Assembly: GCF_964204645.1 (NCBI RefSeq)
Contig: NC_134029.1
Span: 21,074,950 to 21,138,949 of the forward strand
Direction: 5' to 3'
DNA from: Tubulanus polymorphus
Lineage: Eukaryota > Animalia > Nemertea
DNA length: 64,000 nt
Of the stretch, positions 36,901-50,804 are shown piece after piece (the first letter of the stretch is position 1; each line of letters opens with the position of its first letter). The translations under genes and the position numbers were made by a program. The notes under the pieces were generated by a model. That model had not been told where the DNA came from. It saw nothing but the letters and a program-made list of their open reading frames with translations, and searched no databases.

Positions 36901-39900
36901 ACGAACGCGACGTCGTTCTTCAACGAAACGTCGGGAAATTACGAGTATTCGACGGTGGTCGGCAATCTGACGGGCGCGTTGGCGAACGCAACCAACGCGA
37001 CGATGCACCTGAAACGAACGAGTCCGAGTGAAGAATTTTGGGAGTAAGTCGAATAGAATTTCTTTTTTAAATGCGATTGTCATCAGTTTACTCCATGAGA
37101 ATGAATTCCCAATATAGTAGCCTTTCTCGCCAAAACCATAGTATGGTGGCTAACCACTGAAGGTCATCAGTCACCGGTCTGGGGTCCTCACAAAAGATAT
37201 ATTGAAAAATTTGCGATCTATCTCTGACATTAACCTACAACGAGTTTCACTACATAAGATAGAACATTGTTGTGAAGGGCGAAATCCGAATTTTTAACGG
37301 GGGTGGCTGATTTGTGTAGGATATCGCACTTCACCACTAAATAAGGTAACTGAATATGTTTGATGATATTTGTTTTCAGGCGCCATGTTCTTCAGATCAC
37401 CGAGGGCATTGATGATATGGGTAACCTGAGATGGCAGTTATTGATTTGTCTTGCCTTAGCCTGGGTTGCTGTCTTCTTATGTCTGTTCAAAGGTGTAAAG
37501 TCGTCTGGTAAAGTAAGTATTGTAATTATTACTTGGCGCAATCGTATCAAATTGCCGATGGGTGGAGTTGATATTCCGTTGTTCCTTCTATTCTTAGGTT
37601 GTGTATGTGACTGCTACGTTTCCGTATCTGGTATTGACGATTCTATTGGTTCGCGGGGTTACTCTGCCGGGCGCAATTGACGGTATTAAATTTTATTTGA
37701 TACCCGATTTTGAAAAACTGAAAAACTTCGAGGTAGGATCACCAGTCTTTTTCGCGGGGATATCGGAAATGAACGTTGGGTTTGCTGCCAGGGCGCCGTC
37801 AAACAAAACGAACGTCGACGCGATCACGGCGGATCTATTGTCGTCTGCTATTGTCGTTTGAACGTTTTATTTGAACGAATCCGATCGGTATTGTCTGGTG
37901 ACGATATACACGCCTACGAGTTCGCGTAGTGAATCGAGCAGGTTTTTGTAGTCGCGATTGAAGTCTCGCTGACTAATCGCTGCTTTTCGGTCGGTCGTTT
38001 CGCGTTAGATAAGATCCGCTGTGTCGTGTCGAAAAAACATGTTTTCTTTGACGGTCGTCGTAAAAGATCTACCCTGCTTGCATGTTACCCATGTATATCG
38101 GGATTCTGTCCGTGATGCAATTTAGTTACTTACCCTTCGGTAACTTGTGCCCGATTTGAATTTATTTCAAAAAAAGAAATCCAACGGAATAACGAAGATT
38201 AAGAATTGACCATATAACTGTTAAAAAAGATTTGAAAAGAAAAATTGAAGGGGTGTAATTGCGATGTGGTCGGGTTTGAGTATTGTGTTGGCTGGGAGGG
38301 TCTCGTAACTGCATACAGATAGCGGAACGTTGTATGTATATATATTGCATGGTTTGCAGCGGGCATGGTTGATATTTTCGAGCAGCAGGGGGTCGTAAGT
38401 TAAAGATTAGCCGACATCCGGCGGATATTATTAACATTGCCTTATACAAAAAATCTTCCGTCTCATTTTAATTAGAAGCAAAAATTTGGTCAAATTGAAA
38501 TTTTGAACGAAAAAGAAGAAAGAAAAAAAAAAGCTGAATCTTTAATCGATCTAGGAAAAATACTCGGTGGACGGGTCCGGGGTTTTTCGCGTTAAATTTC
38601 TATTCTAATGACTACATTATTTATGAAATTGTGCGCTCATGTAAATTCTATTGATTCGCAAAGCCTCGTTTCCCCAAAGCTGAGTATTTTTTCGAAGAAT
38701 AAAAACGACAATCACAAATTCTAAAAAAAAAGGCCATCGATTATTTGATAATAATTAGAATGAGAACTGTAATGAGAACCTGTTTGATTTTTGAACCTCT
38801 TCGCGGATTGCTGATTAGATTGATTGATTGATAAATCCACGCACTACGTCGATTTTCGTTACGTTCCCGCACATTTTCCATCATCCAAATTTCATCTTTA
38901 CACATTCGACATTCTGATCTGTCAAAATTCGATCAACGAAATTTTCCAAATCAACGAGAAAAAAATTTCTATTATATTTCGACCGAACTATTAATTTCTG
39001 GCTTTTTGACGAGTTAGTGTTTAGGCTTGGTTGATTATTATTTGATACTAGAGTAGTATTATTTTAGTTTCTGAATCGTAACTATTTCTAAGGCATTGGA
39101 GAGGTTCTAGTTTCTGCAGCAAAAAACAATGTTTTTATGTATCTAATAAGTGTACAAAGTTTCCTTTTCAGTGAATAGTTATTGAGGTATGTTAACAAAA
39201 AATTTTCATGTCCAGATTTTGATTCCGGGTTTTAAACGGGATGTAGGCGCCGGGCGGGTTAGGCGGGTACCGGGGGGGGGGGTAAGACGTAATGGGAAGA
39301 AATGTTTCAATTATTTGCGAAGAAATTTTGGAATTGGTTAAATGGGAAGTTGGCTTCGGAAATTGTGCACCTGACTTCGCGCAGTTCAGATGGTTGTAAT
39401 ACCTGATTGACGAGCAGTGTTTGAAACGCTCAGGAACTGTTCGAAGAGGGAGGAATGGATCGAGGGATATCAGAAATAAGGACCCCTATTCCTATTTTAG
39501 GGAAAGGGTCGTGGAAGGCCCGGCCGAAGCATCACGTATTTAGTGGGGGATGGGGACTTATTCTTAATATGCAAGTCTAAGTTCGTTACAAGTGTATAAT
39601 TAAAACATTTTTACCCTTCCACTGGATAAAATTGCTTTAGAAAGTTTTCTCATGATTAATTTCATATTTCGAAAAGCCTTCAGCTGAATATAAATGACAT
39701 GTGAGGTCATCTGCGCACTCGATCGCAGAGTCTCGCGGAATGGCCGGAAAGGGTAAAGCATTAACGATCTATCCTCACCTTAAAAAAAGACCATCTCCTC
39801 CGCACTCGATCGAAGAGTCGTAAGGAATGGCTGTATTCTCGATTTCCGTATTTAAGGGTAAATCAAAATTATTAAAACGATTTTAATTCGACAGATCACA

Positions 39901-42900
39901 TCTCAAAACCGATTGTTCCTACCGAATCTAACCGCGATGCTACGTTATAGAAATGTTATTTCTTTTAATTTGGCATGTTTCATCATCTATAACGCTATGT
40001 GATGTTTATCTATGTTTTATTACAGGTACAAAAAAAAATTCTCTTTGTTTTTTTACGAAGCACAATCAGTCCAATTTCAGAGAGGTGACGACCTAGTCGG
40101 TCTGGTTTCGGGGGTTTCTATTGCGTGCTATTATTGCGAACAGGTTCGCGGGGGTTCAAACCCTGGTATGGTAGCCTGATGATATTTAGTTTGAGGAACG
40201 TAGAATGCCATTTGCGGCCACGATCGGTTGTCAATTCGTAAAAATTTATCCATTTCATTTATTCAATTCTGACGGTCAGATTGGGTGGAAGTTAGGAGAA
40301 TTAGGTCTGTAGAGAAATACTTTCGGTCTATTCTTTTGAAACGCAATATACTGGTGAAAGATTGGATCAGATTTTCTCGGGAGAAAAACGAATATAATTT
40401 TGTAAAACTGAATTCCATTTTTATTGTCATTTATTTCGCGTGAATTTAAGTACCGTAGTTAAATATCTAATTTTGCCAATGCCAGTATTTCACGATTTGG
40501 TTTTGTTGAAAGTATTAGCGTCATTACTTCGAAATAGATTCCTTCCCATTATTACGAAAACGATATGATACGTGGAAAATTTTCTATCTAGATGATGTTT
40601 TTAGTGTGTGACATTATAAATTCAGTCTCTTGTGTCTTTGCCGGCGGCAGCGGCAGCAGCAGCAGCAGCGGATATGTCTGCTGCTATTATTGGCTGCTGC
40701 GTGTGACCTTGGAGAGAGTGAGCACGTGTACACGGCATGGCATGATTCATATTCATTATACAGCCAGTGACGAGTAGCAGCTCTCAAGCTCCACTAGCGC
40801 CACACGGCTGCTGGCTCTCGGGTCTGGTTTGGTCGATGAACTGCAGTTAAAAATGGAGTCATTCTCTTCGGCACACCCACCCATTATCGATAATGGACAA
40901 TGGTCCTTTGATCAATTATCTCCTTTTGATAATGAACACATGTGACCCGTTCTGTGGTAAATTTAGTAGCTCACTCTCGATAGTTCAGGGGATTAAATAA
41001 AATCTCAGGGCAGGTCAAGTTGACAGATTATCTGGGTCGTGTTTGGTTAATAAAAATATTTGCGGTAGTAATAAACATTTAGAAAAACATTTCTCAGAAA
41101 TACTTGATAAAGACCAGTTATCAGCGGATCCGAGATGCCTGGCCTTGACTTTGTCCTTGGTTATCGGGAGTACTACTATTTAGACAAAGAGACTGAATAT
41201 GTGCAAATTCTTTAAAACTTTTTCGCCAGTTCACTTCGGTGTATCAGATAGAGAACCTTTTAAATGACAAATATATTAACGTCACTTCTCCGGTTTTTGA
41301 GTGCGGGGTCACCATAAATCTGTCGCCTGAATTGAACTCGGCCAAAAGTTGAATGATTTTGATTGTTCCGATTGCATCTGTTGATTAATTCTAAAATGGA
41401 CTGCTTGTGCTTCCTCTTCTCTGACAGGTGGGAAACCAATGTTTACAGAACCCACCACCAGGAAATCATGGCGGTTCAACCCAGCCACCTCGCAGGTTTC
41501 ACACGATGTAACTTTAGCGTGTAACATGTATGACGTCAACCGGTTTTACAAAACAAAACATCTTAGTTAACGGCTTTTGGTAGCATCCTTTTTACGTCAC
41601 GGCTGGTTAACAATATTGAGAAAGAAAAATAGTCTGCTGTTTGGTCCAAAAGAAATGTCCAATTTTGAGTAATCATGCGTATTTGTAATAATGCTGTACA
41701 GTGAGTTAAATAAGAATTGATGGTAAATGCTGTAATGACATCTATGCAGCTTCACAGAGTCACGTAAATCATAGCTTAACTCGTTAACAGAGCACGGAAT
41801 ATTTAGTATTCACTGGCATTAATTTGCCGGAGTTTTGAAGTGAACTAATTATTACAAAATCGTCTGACTAGACACAATATTCAAATGAATTCATCATCGC
41901 TAATCATCGTTAGAGTGTGTTTAACTATATAATCAAAGCGCTCATTGTGCCGAAAAAAAATCAAATCGAAAAATCAGTTCATCCATCCAATTTCTAATCA
42001 AATTTAATCGGGGTGCTACCAAATTGCGGTCGATCATGTGTCATTTCATTTTCATCCATTCATCGCATTCTGTCGAGCCAGTTCGTTACCGTCTTTTACT
42101 AATATTGGAAGAGTTTTTGGATAACATTGCTATGTATGAGTTTGATACATGATTTGTGTTGATCCTTCGTGATAATGAATTCGACTTGAGAACGCCGGCA
42201 GGCGTTAATGATTCATTCAGCGCGAACTTTGTTTCACCTTTTGCAACTATAGTTGATGACAAATGGATCAAATAGATCGACGCGCTGTTCTAGTATCCGA
42301 TTGATCTATCGACCTCTGTTAAAAGTTTACGAAAATTACTTCCTGGTGTATTTATATATTTCGATCGTTTACAGAAGATATAAGGAAGGAAAAAAAAGGC
42401 GATAGAAACGCTGGCTCGGCAAGAATGTCAAACATCATCGATTAGGTTCATAAAACTATTTCTTGTCCCGGATGTTAGGTGTGTGCTTGCGTTGAGAGTA
42501 CGTTCAACCGGGTACATATTATACGCACACGTCGTCGTCATCGTCGTCATCGTTTCACTCCTAATTTCCGCCGAGACATATTTTCATTTATACGCATAAA
42601 ACTACTTCTTAATCGGCTTCGGCTAACACTTTACTCAATCGCATATCATCTCGAGCATTTACAGTAGTTTACTAGTTACCCAGTGCGCGTGTGCGTGCGT
42701 GCGTGCGTGTGCCGGTTCGGACAAGAAATAGTGTATATGAATGTAAAACTACCTTCATCCCAGTAATATCAATCATGTTATATAATTTTGATCTTTATGC
42801 TTATCCTATGATAGGCCTATTTTTATTATTATAACCTTCATGTCGTCGGAGGAGAGGTCAGGTGCTGTCGGAAAATAAATATAAGAATTTCATTATACAA

Positions 42901-45900
42901 TTAAGAAATAATTTTAGATGACAATCAATTCATTTTGTGTGTATCTATCACCGAGTTAAGCTGTTGAAGATAAATGCAATAGAATCGCTAGTTCGAGCTG
43001 AACGCGTGCGTTAGTGACTAGACTTTATTGCTTAAACTTTCTTTTCCGCTGAAATAGGAGATTAACCTGTATTTCGGCATTGTTGATTATTCGCGAAGGA
43101 ACTAAAGCTTTGTCTTATCTCGTAAATGTTTATCAATAGTAGCTAAAAATGTTTTAGACGAACGACAGTTTTGGCACCGATGATCTCTTCTCTGATATCT
43201 CATCACAGCAGATGGTGCCTATTCATGTACCGCGTTCAAAGAGGGCTTCCAGGGTACGGGGTCGTTGGTACTAATTTGTTCGTACGAGAAAGTGAGGGAA
43301 AAAATTGTATACATAATAGAATGAGCTCGTTGTTTATTATGCGATTTTGTCGGAAGGGTCATTTTACGGTCTTGAAAATCTGCCAAAATTGTGGTTGAAG
43401 AAATTTTCTGCGTTCGTATGAAAATTTATATAACTGCCCTGGTAATGAAACCGATCTGCTGTGATAATTGAAATGAATTTCGATCGTGTATTTATTGCAG
43501 CTGAAAGCATTTGTGCGATAGTATTTTTAATGCGATGATTGTCCTCTCTCTTCAGGTATGGGGAGATGCTGCTATGCAGATCTTCTATTCAATTGGCGCC
43601 GGCTGGGGTGCGTTGATTACGATGGCAAGCTACAACAAATTCCACCACGATTGCCACAGGTAATTTGACGACTGAATAGCCGTCATTGTCACTTAGGTTG
43701 CCGCCCTTTGATTATAATAATATAATTGACTCTGATTATGATTGTGATAAATGATACGTCTGCTATGGTTTTGTAAATTGCAGCGCCAAATATTGTATTT
43801 AATTTGACAGATTTGTTTCGGCGCTATGTCAGTAGGTAAATGATTGATCGTATTGCGACTGTTTGTATTGTAGAGATGCGATTATCGTGCCGTTGTTGAA
43901 CAGTGGAACCAGCGTGTTTGCGGGCTTTGTTATCTTCTCCATTATCGGATTCATGGCCCACGAGACCGGGTCGTCGATCGATGATGTCGTAAGACAAGGT
44001 GCGTCGCTTGCGCCCACACCGTACGCGGTAGTTCGTTAATATATCAATTAGAAGAACGAATGTAGATTAAATTGTCACGTAATGATTTCGTTTCAGGTCC
44101 AGGATTGATCTTTGTAGTCTACCCGGAAGCCGTGGCTAAACTGCCGATTTCGCCGTTGTGGGCGGTTCTGTTTTTCTTGATGGTATTTTCTGTTGGTTTG
44201 GGAAGTCAGGTAAGATGGTCGGGTTCGAAACCTTGCAGTATGGTTGATAATGTTTGATCAGGGTGGTCACTTAACTGGAAATCAGGGAATTTTCTTTTCT
44301 TCAAAAAAAAAAAGCAAGCTAGAAATCAGGAAAAAGTATAGATTTGTTAAGCTCACTAGAGAGCATTTAAATTCAAAAACGGTTTCCATCTATTTCTTGC
44401 ATATTTGACTGTTAATTTATTGGATTCTTAGCAGATCAAGTTGGTGAAAACAACTAAAATGTAGTTGCCACCCTGATGATAGATGTTTGACAAATCAAAA
44501 TTTGACACTTAATAGTCACATTCAAAACCGTAAATAATAATGTTTAAATGCAATTTTGTGAATATTTATATTTAACAGTTTGGTATGTTCGAAACGATGA
44601 CCAGCGCGTTCATCGACGAATTCCCCGAACAACTGAGAGGCAAGAAAACGATGATCGTAGCGATCGTTTGTGCAGTCGAGTTCTGTTTGGGTATCCCGTG
44701 TATAATGCAGGTGCGTGGTTGTTGTAGTTATCTTTTTTTTTCAGGCTCTTTGCGGGCTAAAAATTCTTACCGCCGGAAAGTAAACCGATACACGCGTACA
44801 CAACGCGGTTATAATATTAGCATATACAAAAGGTGCTAAGGGAAGATTTAAGTTTTGACTGCCATCGTTTGCGGTCCCCCGCCTGGAATTTGGCCTTGCG
44901 CCATTTGGCTACGATTCAAGGTTGAATAAATGTTTTTTCGTTCCGGTTATTTTCAGGGTGGAATTTACGTGCTGCAGGTCATGGACTGGTACAGTTCGAC
45001 ATTTACTTTGATGATCATCTCTTTCATCGAGTGTATAATCATCTGTTGGGTTTACGGTGAGTACAGTTGCACCTGGTTGTTTAAATGTCAAGTGTTTTGC
45101 TCGAACTGCAACTGAACTTATTTAACTGGGGCATGTGCCAATAAGTTATTCTAGTAATCTCTTTATCTGTGATTTTGAAGCCAGATCAGATTAATAGATC
45201 TCGTGAATAGAATAATCTAATCATCGAACCCTGTCCTGTAACGTGATTTGGTTAAAAAAAATTTCAACAACTTTTGTAAATTTTCTTACAAGAATAATTG
45301 ATTTATTTGCACAGGAATTAACCGATTCTTCGGAGATATCGAGTTGATGTTGGGGCGCCGACCTTTCTTCTGGTGGAAGATAGTCTGGTGTTATATAACT
45401 CCTCTCATAATCGTGGTAGGTATTAATTATGTATGCGGCAGCAGTTGCCGTCTGTTCTGTTCTGCTGGTGCACGCGCGCTCTCGTGCGGAAATTTTGACA
45501 TATGCTGTCTAGTTGTTATTGTTATGCGAACTGCTCTAATTGTCAATGTTTGTTGATGAACGAGTGTTTGGTTTCCTACATGGAACCTTCAGTTGCTTTA
45601 TACATGAATAAACACTAGATGTTTGCCTGTAAATATACGGCCCGTTCTAGTTACATGAATAATATCAACTCTTATCAAAAAGTCAAGCTGATAAACTTTT
45701 CGCAGATAGATTTATGATTCTATTTTGAATGATGTGAATGAATATTAATGAGGTGTTAATGCGAGTTTTGATTCGATTATTTTCCAGTTCGTATTCTTCA
45801 CGAGTATCATTCAACACAAACCGGTAACTTACGGCGAAGATTACACGTACCCGGGATGGGCCGTCGGCGTCGGATGGTGTTTCGCCAGCTTGTCGATTAT

Positions 45901-46694
45901 TCCTATCCCGCTCGTCGCTGTCGTGCAACTCGTCATCAACGGAAAAGGAACATTGCTCAAAGTAAGAATCGGATCGATCAATCGTGTTCGTGACGTGCTT
46001 ATAAGAATTCGATAGGAATTTGAAATTTTGCACAATCTTGGGGATCCTCCCAATTTCTTTTCGCCCACTAAGGATTGGATGAAACTGAACTTAAATACTT
46101 ACATTTATCGTAGGGAGTTGATTTAAGGGGTGTGATCAGAAGCAGGGCGTCAATGGACGCACACATTACGCTGGCACATGGACACCCTCGTATTTTCCTT
46201 GTTCTGATTTTGATTCTTACCTGTATTGGGAAACTCGGGGCAGCAGAAAAAATCTAGAACAAGAAATCGGGGAATTTTCTCAGGAAAATAAACCTGGAAA
46301 GTTGAGAGAATTTGCGCATAAATTGAAGAATTTTAAACATGAAAATTTCTCCATTCACTTGCCAATTGAGGGGGAATATTGTGTTGTAACATGGAAAAGT
46401 AAGGGAAAATTATGAGGATTTTTGATATGGGAAAGAGGATACTCTTGTATTGAGTATATTGATTAATGTAAAATATAAATGTTTCATTTGCAGCGTATTA
46501 AGATGACGTTGAAACCAGCCGCTGACTGGGGTCCCGCGTCTGAGCAGTATCGCGAAATCTACCAATCGAGTCTATCCACGAAAGAGAAGCAACTGATGAT
46601 GAATAATTCGGATTCGACACTCGACCGTTCGGCGCAGGATCTTCTCGACAAGGACCAGAAAGAAGCGACGACTATGGATCAGAGCATCGTATGA
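33929..46694 (+). CDS. SLC6A9: SLC6 Na+/Cl- dependent amino-acid neurotransmitter transporter, glycine-transporter (GlyT1-like) type
   Basis: 15 exons: 33929-33994, 35353-35418, 35771-36002, 36109-36240, 36719-37043, 37380-37512, 37598-37732, 43556-43659, 43874-43998, 44097-44209, 44579-44710, 44957-45056, 45315-45415, 45788-45961 and 46494-46694. Motifs: [40 protein letters not shown] (Gly, not the monoamine Asp, in TM1); TM6 [11 protein letters not shown] with the GlyT-type Trp; [12 protein letters not shown]; GLGSQF. Exact orthology (A9 vs A5/A7) is uncertain. Confidence 0.9.
39714..39863. repeat. Degenerate direct duplication
   Basis: CGCACTCGATCG(C/A)AGAGTC...GGAATGGC...AAGGGTAAA occurs at about 39714 and about 39801. 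Confidence 0.6.
44259..44475. mobile_element. MITE, same family as 16754-16967
   Basis: CAGGGTGGTCAC / GTTGCCACCCTG ends; flanks TTGAT/ATGAT. Confidence 0.7.
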
Positions 46695-47569
46695 ATACAT
46701 CGGCGTATATACGACTAAAAAAAAAACAATCCAGCGGTACAAATGGTCACCGAGCACCACGCGTACGGCTTCATTTCGTTCCGCGACAAGGATGGATCTC
46801 TTTTTAACGGGGCGACATCGACGTACTGAACTATTCTCGCCGGAGTAGTATGCGGTTTAGAGCGATTGGTTTGATCTTTGTTAATCATCATCATCAGAAG
46901 AAGAAGAAGAAAAACTAAAACGAAAAAAAAAAACAAAGTGTCTACTGCTTAGTAATAACACGGTATACGTCCATTTATGTATACACATCAATCCGGAAAC
47001 AGATGGACGACGTTGTCCACGCTTACCCGACCCTGAGCATATCGATTACGTGATAACGTTTCACCATCTGTCTCGTTGAGAAGTCTCTCTATAACCAGTA
47101 TATTCGATATATACGTATATATATATGTATACTGACGACAGTTTAATCAATGCAACTTCATATACACCCGATCAATAATTCTATTCACACGTGTTATTTT
47201 TACAAACGATAAACGGTTCATTCAGCCTACGTCGTATTACTTCTGTACGTTTCGGTCATCGGAGGAAAAAAAATTGAATCCCGAAATTTCGTGAACATCG
47301 AACGCTGACGACAGCTCAACCAGTCGCTTCTAATGAACACAGAGAAGAAATTGATCTGGCATATATAGTATTTTATATATATGAATATATATATATTCGT
47401 GATAATGTTTAGTAGTATTGAGTGACGGAAGTTATTTTTCGTTTCGTTGGATTTTTATTACTCGACGCTGTGTATATAAGTATATAGTCCCATTTGTGTA
47501 TATGTGTGCGTATATATATATATATATAAATATAATCAACCGTTGTATTGTATGCTGAGTTGTTAACGA

Positions 47570-47696
47570 CAGGGTTCCTCGAAGGTTCTATTATACGGGG
47601 TTCCTCGGAGGTTCTATCGCTTTGAATTCGAAATTAACTCGGTTTCGAGGATCGCTTTCGGAAAAGTCAAATTTGTGAAAGTCTTGAAGAACCCTG
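47570..47696. repeat. Small element with inverted ends in the presumed SLC6 3' UTR
   Basis: CAGGGTTCCTC ... GAAGAACCCTG, with an internal tandem GGGTTCCTCG(A/G)AGGTTCTAT x2. Confidence 0.55.
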
Positions 47697-50600
47697 TCGC
47701 GATAGTTCGTTGGCGAATACGATTTGGCTGGTTAATTTTGAGGAGGTAGAATTAAACTGCCCGCTGAAAAAAAATGATGGCGAACGATTTCGATCGACAA
47801 AATTTTTATTTTCATTTTTTTAAAACCAGTTCGCCGATGAAATTTTGATTTGATATTATTAACGGAAGTGGTTTCGGATATTTCTTTCGTAAAATTTCTC
47901 CACGTCTCTCGTTCGAAGAGGTGATTTTTTTATTGTGCCAAAATCTGGATCTGGCTGGTTTCATTTGTTCAGAAAAAAAAAACTGTAAAATACCTTTCGT
48001 ATTACTGCCTCGTCTATAGAATGTTCCATGTATGAAAAATAAGCTGTGTGGGTGCAATTTGATGTAATTTTCTAAGTTAAAATGCTCACTCATATCTACC
48101 CTGCTGATAAGTTCAGATGTATAGGGGCATATTGTCGTATATGCCGAGGTGAACAGTAATGATCTTGTGACAATTTTGTGCAATGCTTCCTCGTTACGAT
48201 GCCAGCGAATACTGTTGGCACAGCTAACTTAAAAATAAATGAATTCCAATTTTGAAGAAAAAAAAAATGTCGAGAACGGAGGTATTTTTTCACCTTCGAA
48301 ATTTTTGGGCCCATCTATTCGAATAATGCTTCTAATTTTGATTAGATAGTTACGATTTGAACTCAGATGTTGATTTTTCATCGCTTGACGGTATATTTAT
48401 ATATATATTTCTATTGTATTGAAAATTGATGATTGCGTTCTTTGTTTTAGCGTGGAGTTTATGACAGTTTGCAGACGGCGCCGCGAGGCGGTTTGCTGCG
48501 GACTTCATATTCGTTAATGCGTAAACAAAAGGCATGCAAATTCTATATGAATCCTATGGATTGTCCTGTGTACAAAATAAACTTCATTCTTATTAGCTAC
48601 TATATCCATGATATGAATGGATTTTGTGATTTTTCAGTCTTGATTTACAGGTAACTATTATTGTTTTTTTAGGGTATGTAAAATATGCGCATTTGCTACG
48701 ATGTATTATACATATTATTATTTAATACTAGCTTAAGATGATGTAGTGAGGTTTTGTAGTTAAATTGCTGTCTCACTAGAAAGGCTTCGAATGGTGCCAT
48801 GCAATTAAACAGCAGACACTAAGTGGATGTAAGGATTGATTTGTAGAATTGATTTTTGACTTGAAATTTAATTTCGGAACTCGTTTTTAGAACCACTTAA
48901 CTTCGCTAAGGATTGCTATAAGAAAGTCATTTTGTGTCTGCTGTATTGCTGGGCTACAGGTTAATAACGAACAATCAATTTATGGAAACTTGTACAATCA
49001 AAATTTGATTTTTTTTAAAATTTTGCTGATTGCTGATGCTTTTTTAAGCACCTAGAGAAATGTGTCGTTAAAAAATAGAAATACCCTGCATGATTTGTGG
49101 GTTATCTTTTCTTACTAAAAAGTGAGAAATGCATTTATACGGGAGGGAAAGATGATAACAGTTCAAAAACATAGTTTTATCCATCAGTATTCAAGAAAAT
49201 AAAGTAAATAAGAAAAGATGCAGTGGCAGTGTTTAAAATCAAGATAAATTAGCTTTAAGTCCTGCGTCTTGACAAATTACTACATGTGCGTTGTACTACT
49301 TAATGCGTGATGAAGATTGATGTGAAAATTTGACCAATTAGTTTCGATTTCGCTAACAAAATAATCGATAATATCCACGAAATCTAAACCTCCCTCGAAT
49401 TAGGAAGTCTTTAAACAACTTGGATTTGGTTTTACCAATATTTCGACCTGAATAATTCAAATAATCGTTTCATCGGTCTCATTCATAGTTAGATAAAAAA
49501 AAGCTTTATGCTATTTCATAGCTTTGTCGAATCGAATCGAATTGATAGTCTATCGGTAGTCAATGTTGTATACATACCTTTTAAAAGTATTTGAAATTTA
49601 GTTCTTTACCTGTAATGATTTTGTATAGAAACTGTTCACATGCTTTTTGTAACATTGTTGATCTGTGTGAAGAAATAAAATACACACTTACGAAAAATGT
49701 TTTGTGTTTCGTATTTTCGGCATACGTTAGCACGCCCTGATCATGTGGTGTGAAGCATTATTGAAACTTGTGAAACTCGGAAGAGAAAAGAATCAAGTAG
49801 CATCTCATTTCTTCAGACATTTTTATCTACTGGATTAAGTGTGGATAATGATGAGGTATTGTAGTTAAATGGTTTATTCCCCGTGTTTGCGCTGGACGAT
49901 GCAATTCAATATTTCTCAATCGTACCTTGAGTAATATAGTATACAAGTCGGGTTTTTTCGAACGAAAAAGGATAAAATATAAAATTCATGAGAAAATAAA
50001 AAGCGGTTACAAAATACGTGTACAATGAATAGGCATCGAAAACTTTCCGAGAGCTTTGGTTAATTTGGGCCGGAACACGATAATGGTGGTGTTGGTAAAC
50101 TTGATGGTACTGTCAGGAAGCCTAAAGAATGCTGTATAAAAAAAACCATAAAGCGTTACTTTGTAACTGACCCGATTAGTCCATATTTTGGGTCAAGTGA
50201 AGGGAGCTCAGAGGATTTGAACCAAACTAGTGGAGTCGCCCTAAGTATGCTCAATTGAATTGGAGTGACACTGAATCTAGCACTGGCAAGCGAGTGTTGG
50301 ATATTCGTTTCCGGTATTTTCTTTTTCGAGCAAATGAGGAAAAATAGGATAGAAATTCAGAATATTCGCTGTTTTACCGCATTCCTACGTGATTCGATCT
50401 CGTTCTGTAATTTTTCACCATTGCGTCGACATCGATGCGACGGAATCAATTCAATTCATCCATGTTAAATTAGGTGAGAACAATTTCAAAAAGCAACTGC
50501 ACCGACACATTTTGTCAGAATATGTGGAGAATGAAGAAAATAATGTTGTCAGTGTTCGGGATGTTTTTACCTATCTTTTCTTGAGCCTACTTTCTACCTA

Positions 50601-50804
50601 TCCTGTATTTTGCGAGAGTTGCCCTATGCAAATTTTTGCCCGAAATAAAGGCATGAACCCGGAGGCATAATTCCGAGGTTATTGGTACATAGGCCTACCC
50701 GTACATATTACTTTTTTGGAATTATTCGTACAGGAAGGGATAGGGTTAGGGTAAGGTGAGGCTATATCTAGTTAAAATATTTATCATTCGGCCAACTGTC
50801 AGCA

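Noticed and set aside
37867-38010. Protein-like minus-strand frame (…[22 protein letters not shown]…) in the SLC6 intron
   Set aside because: Preceded by an in-frame stop, with no start or clear acceptor; no nested gene model could be built.
40933-40955. miR-317-like seed TGAACACA (and miR-277-like TAAATGCA at 42971)
   Set aside because: Seed-only matches; the first has no hairpin and the second is on the wrong arm.
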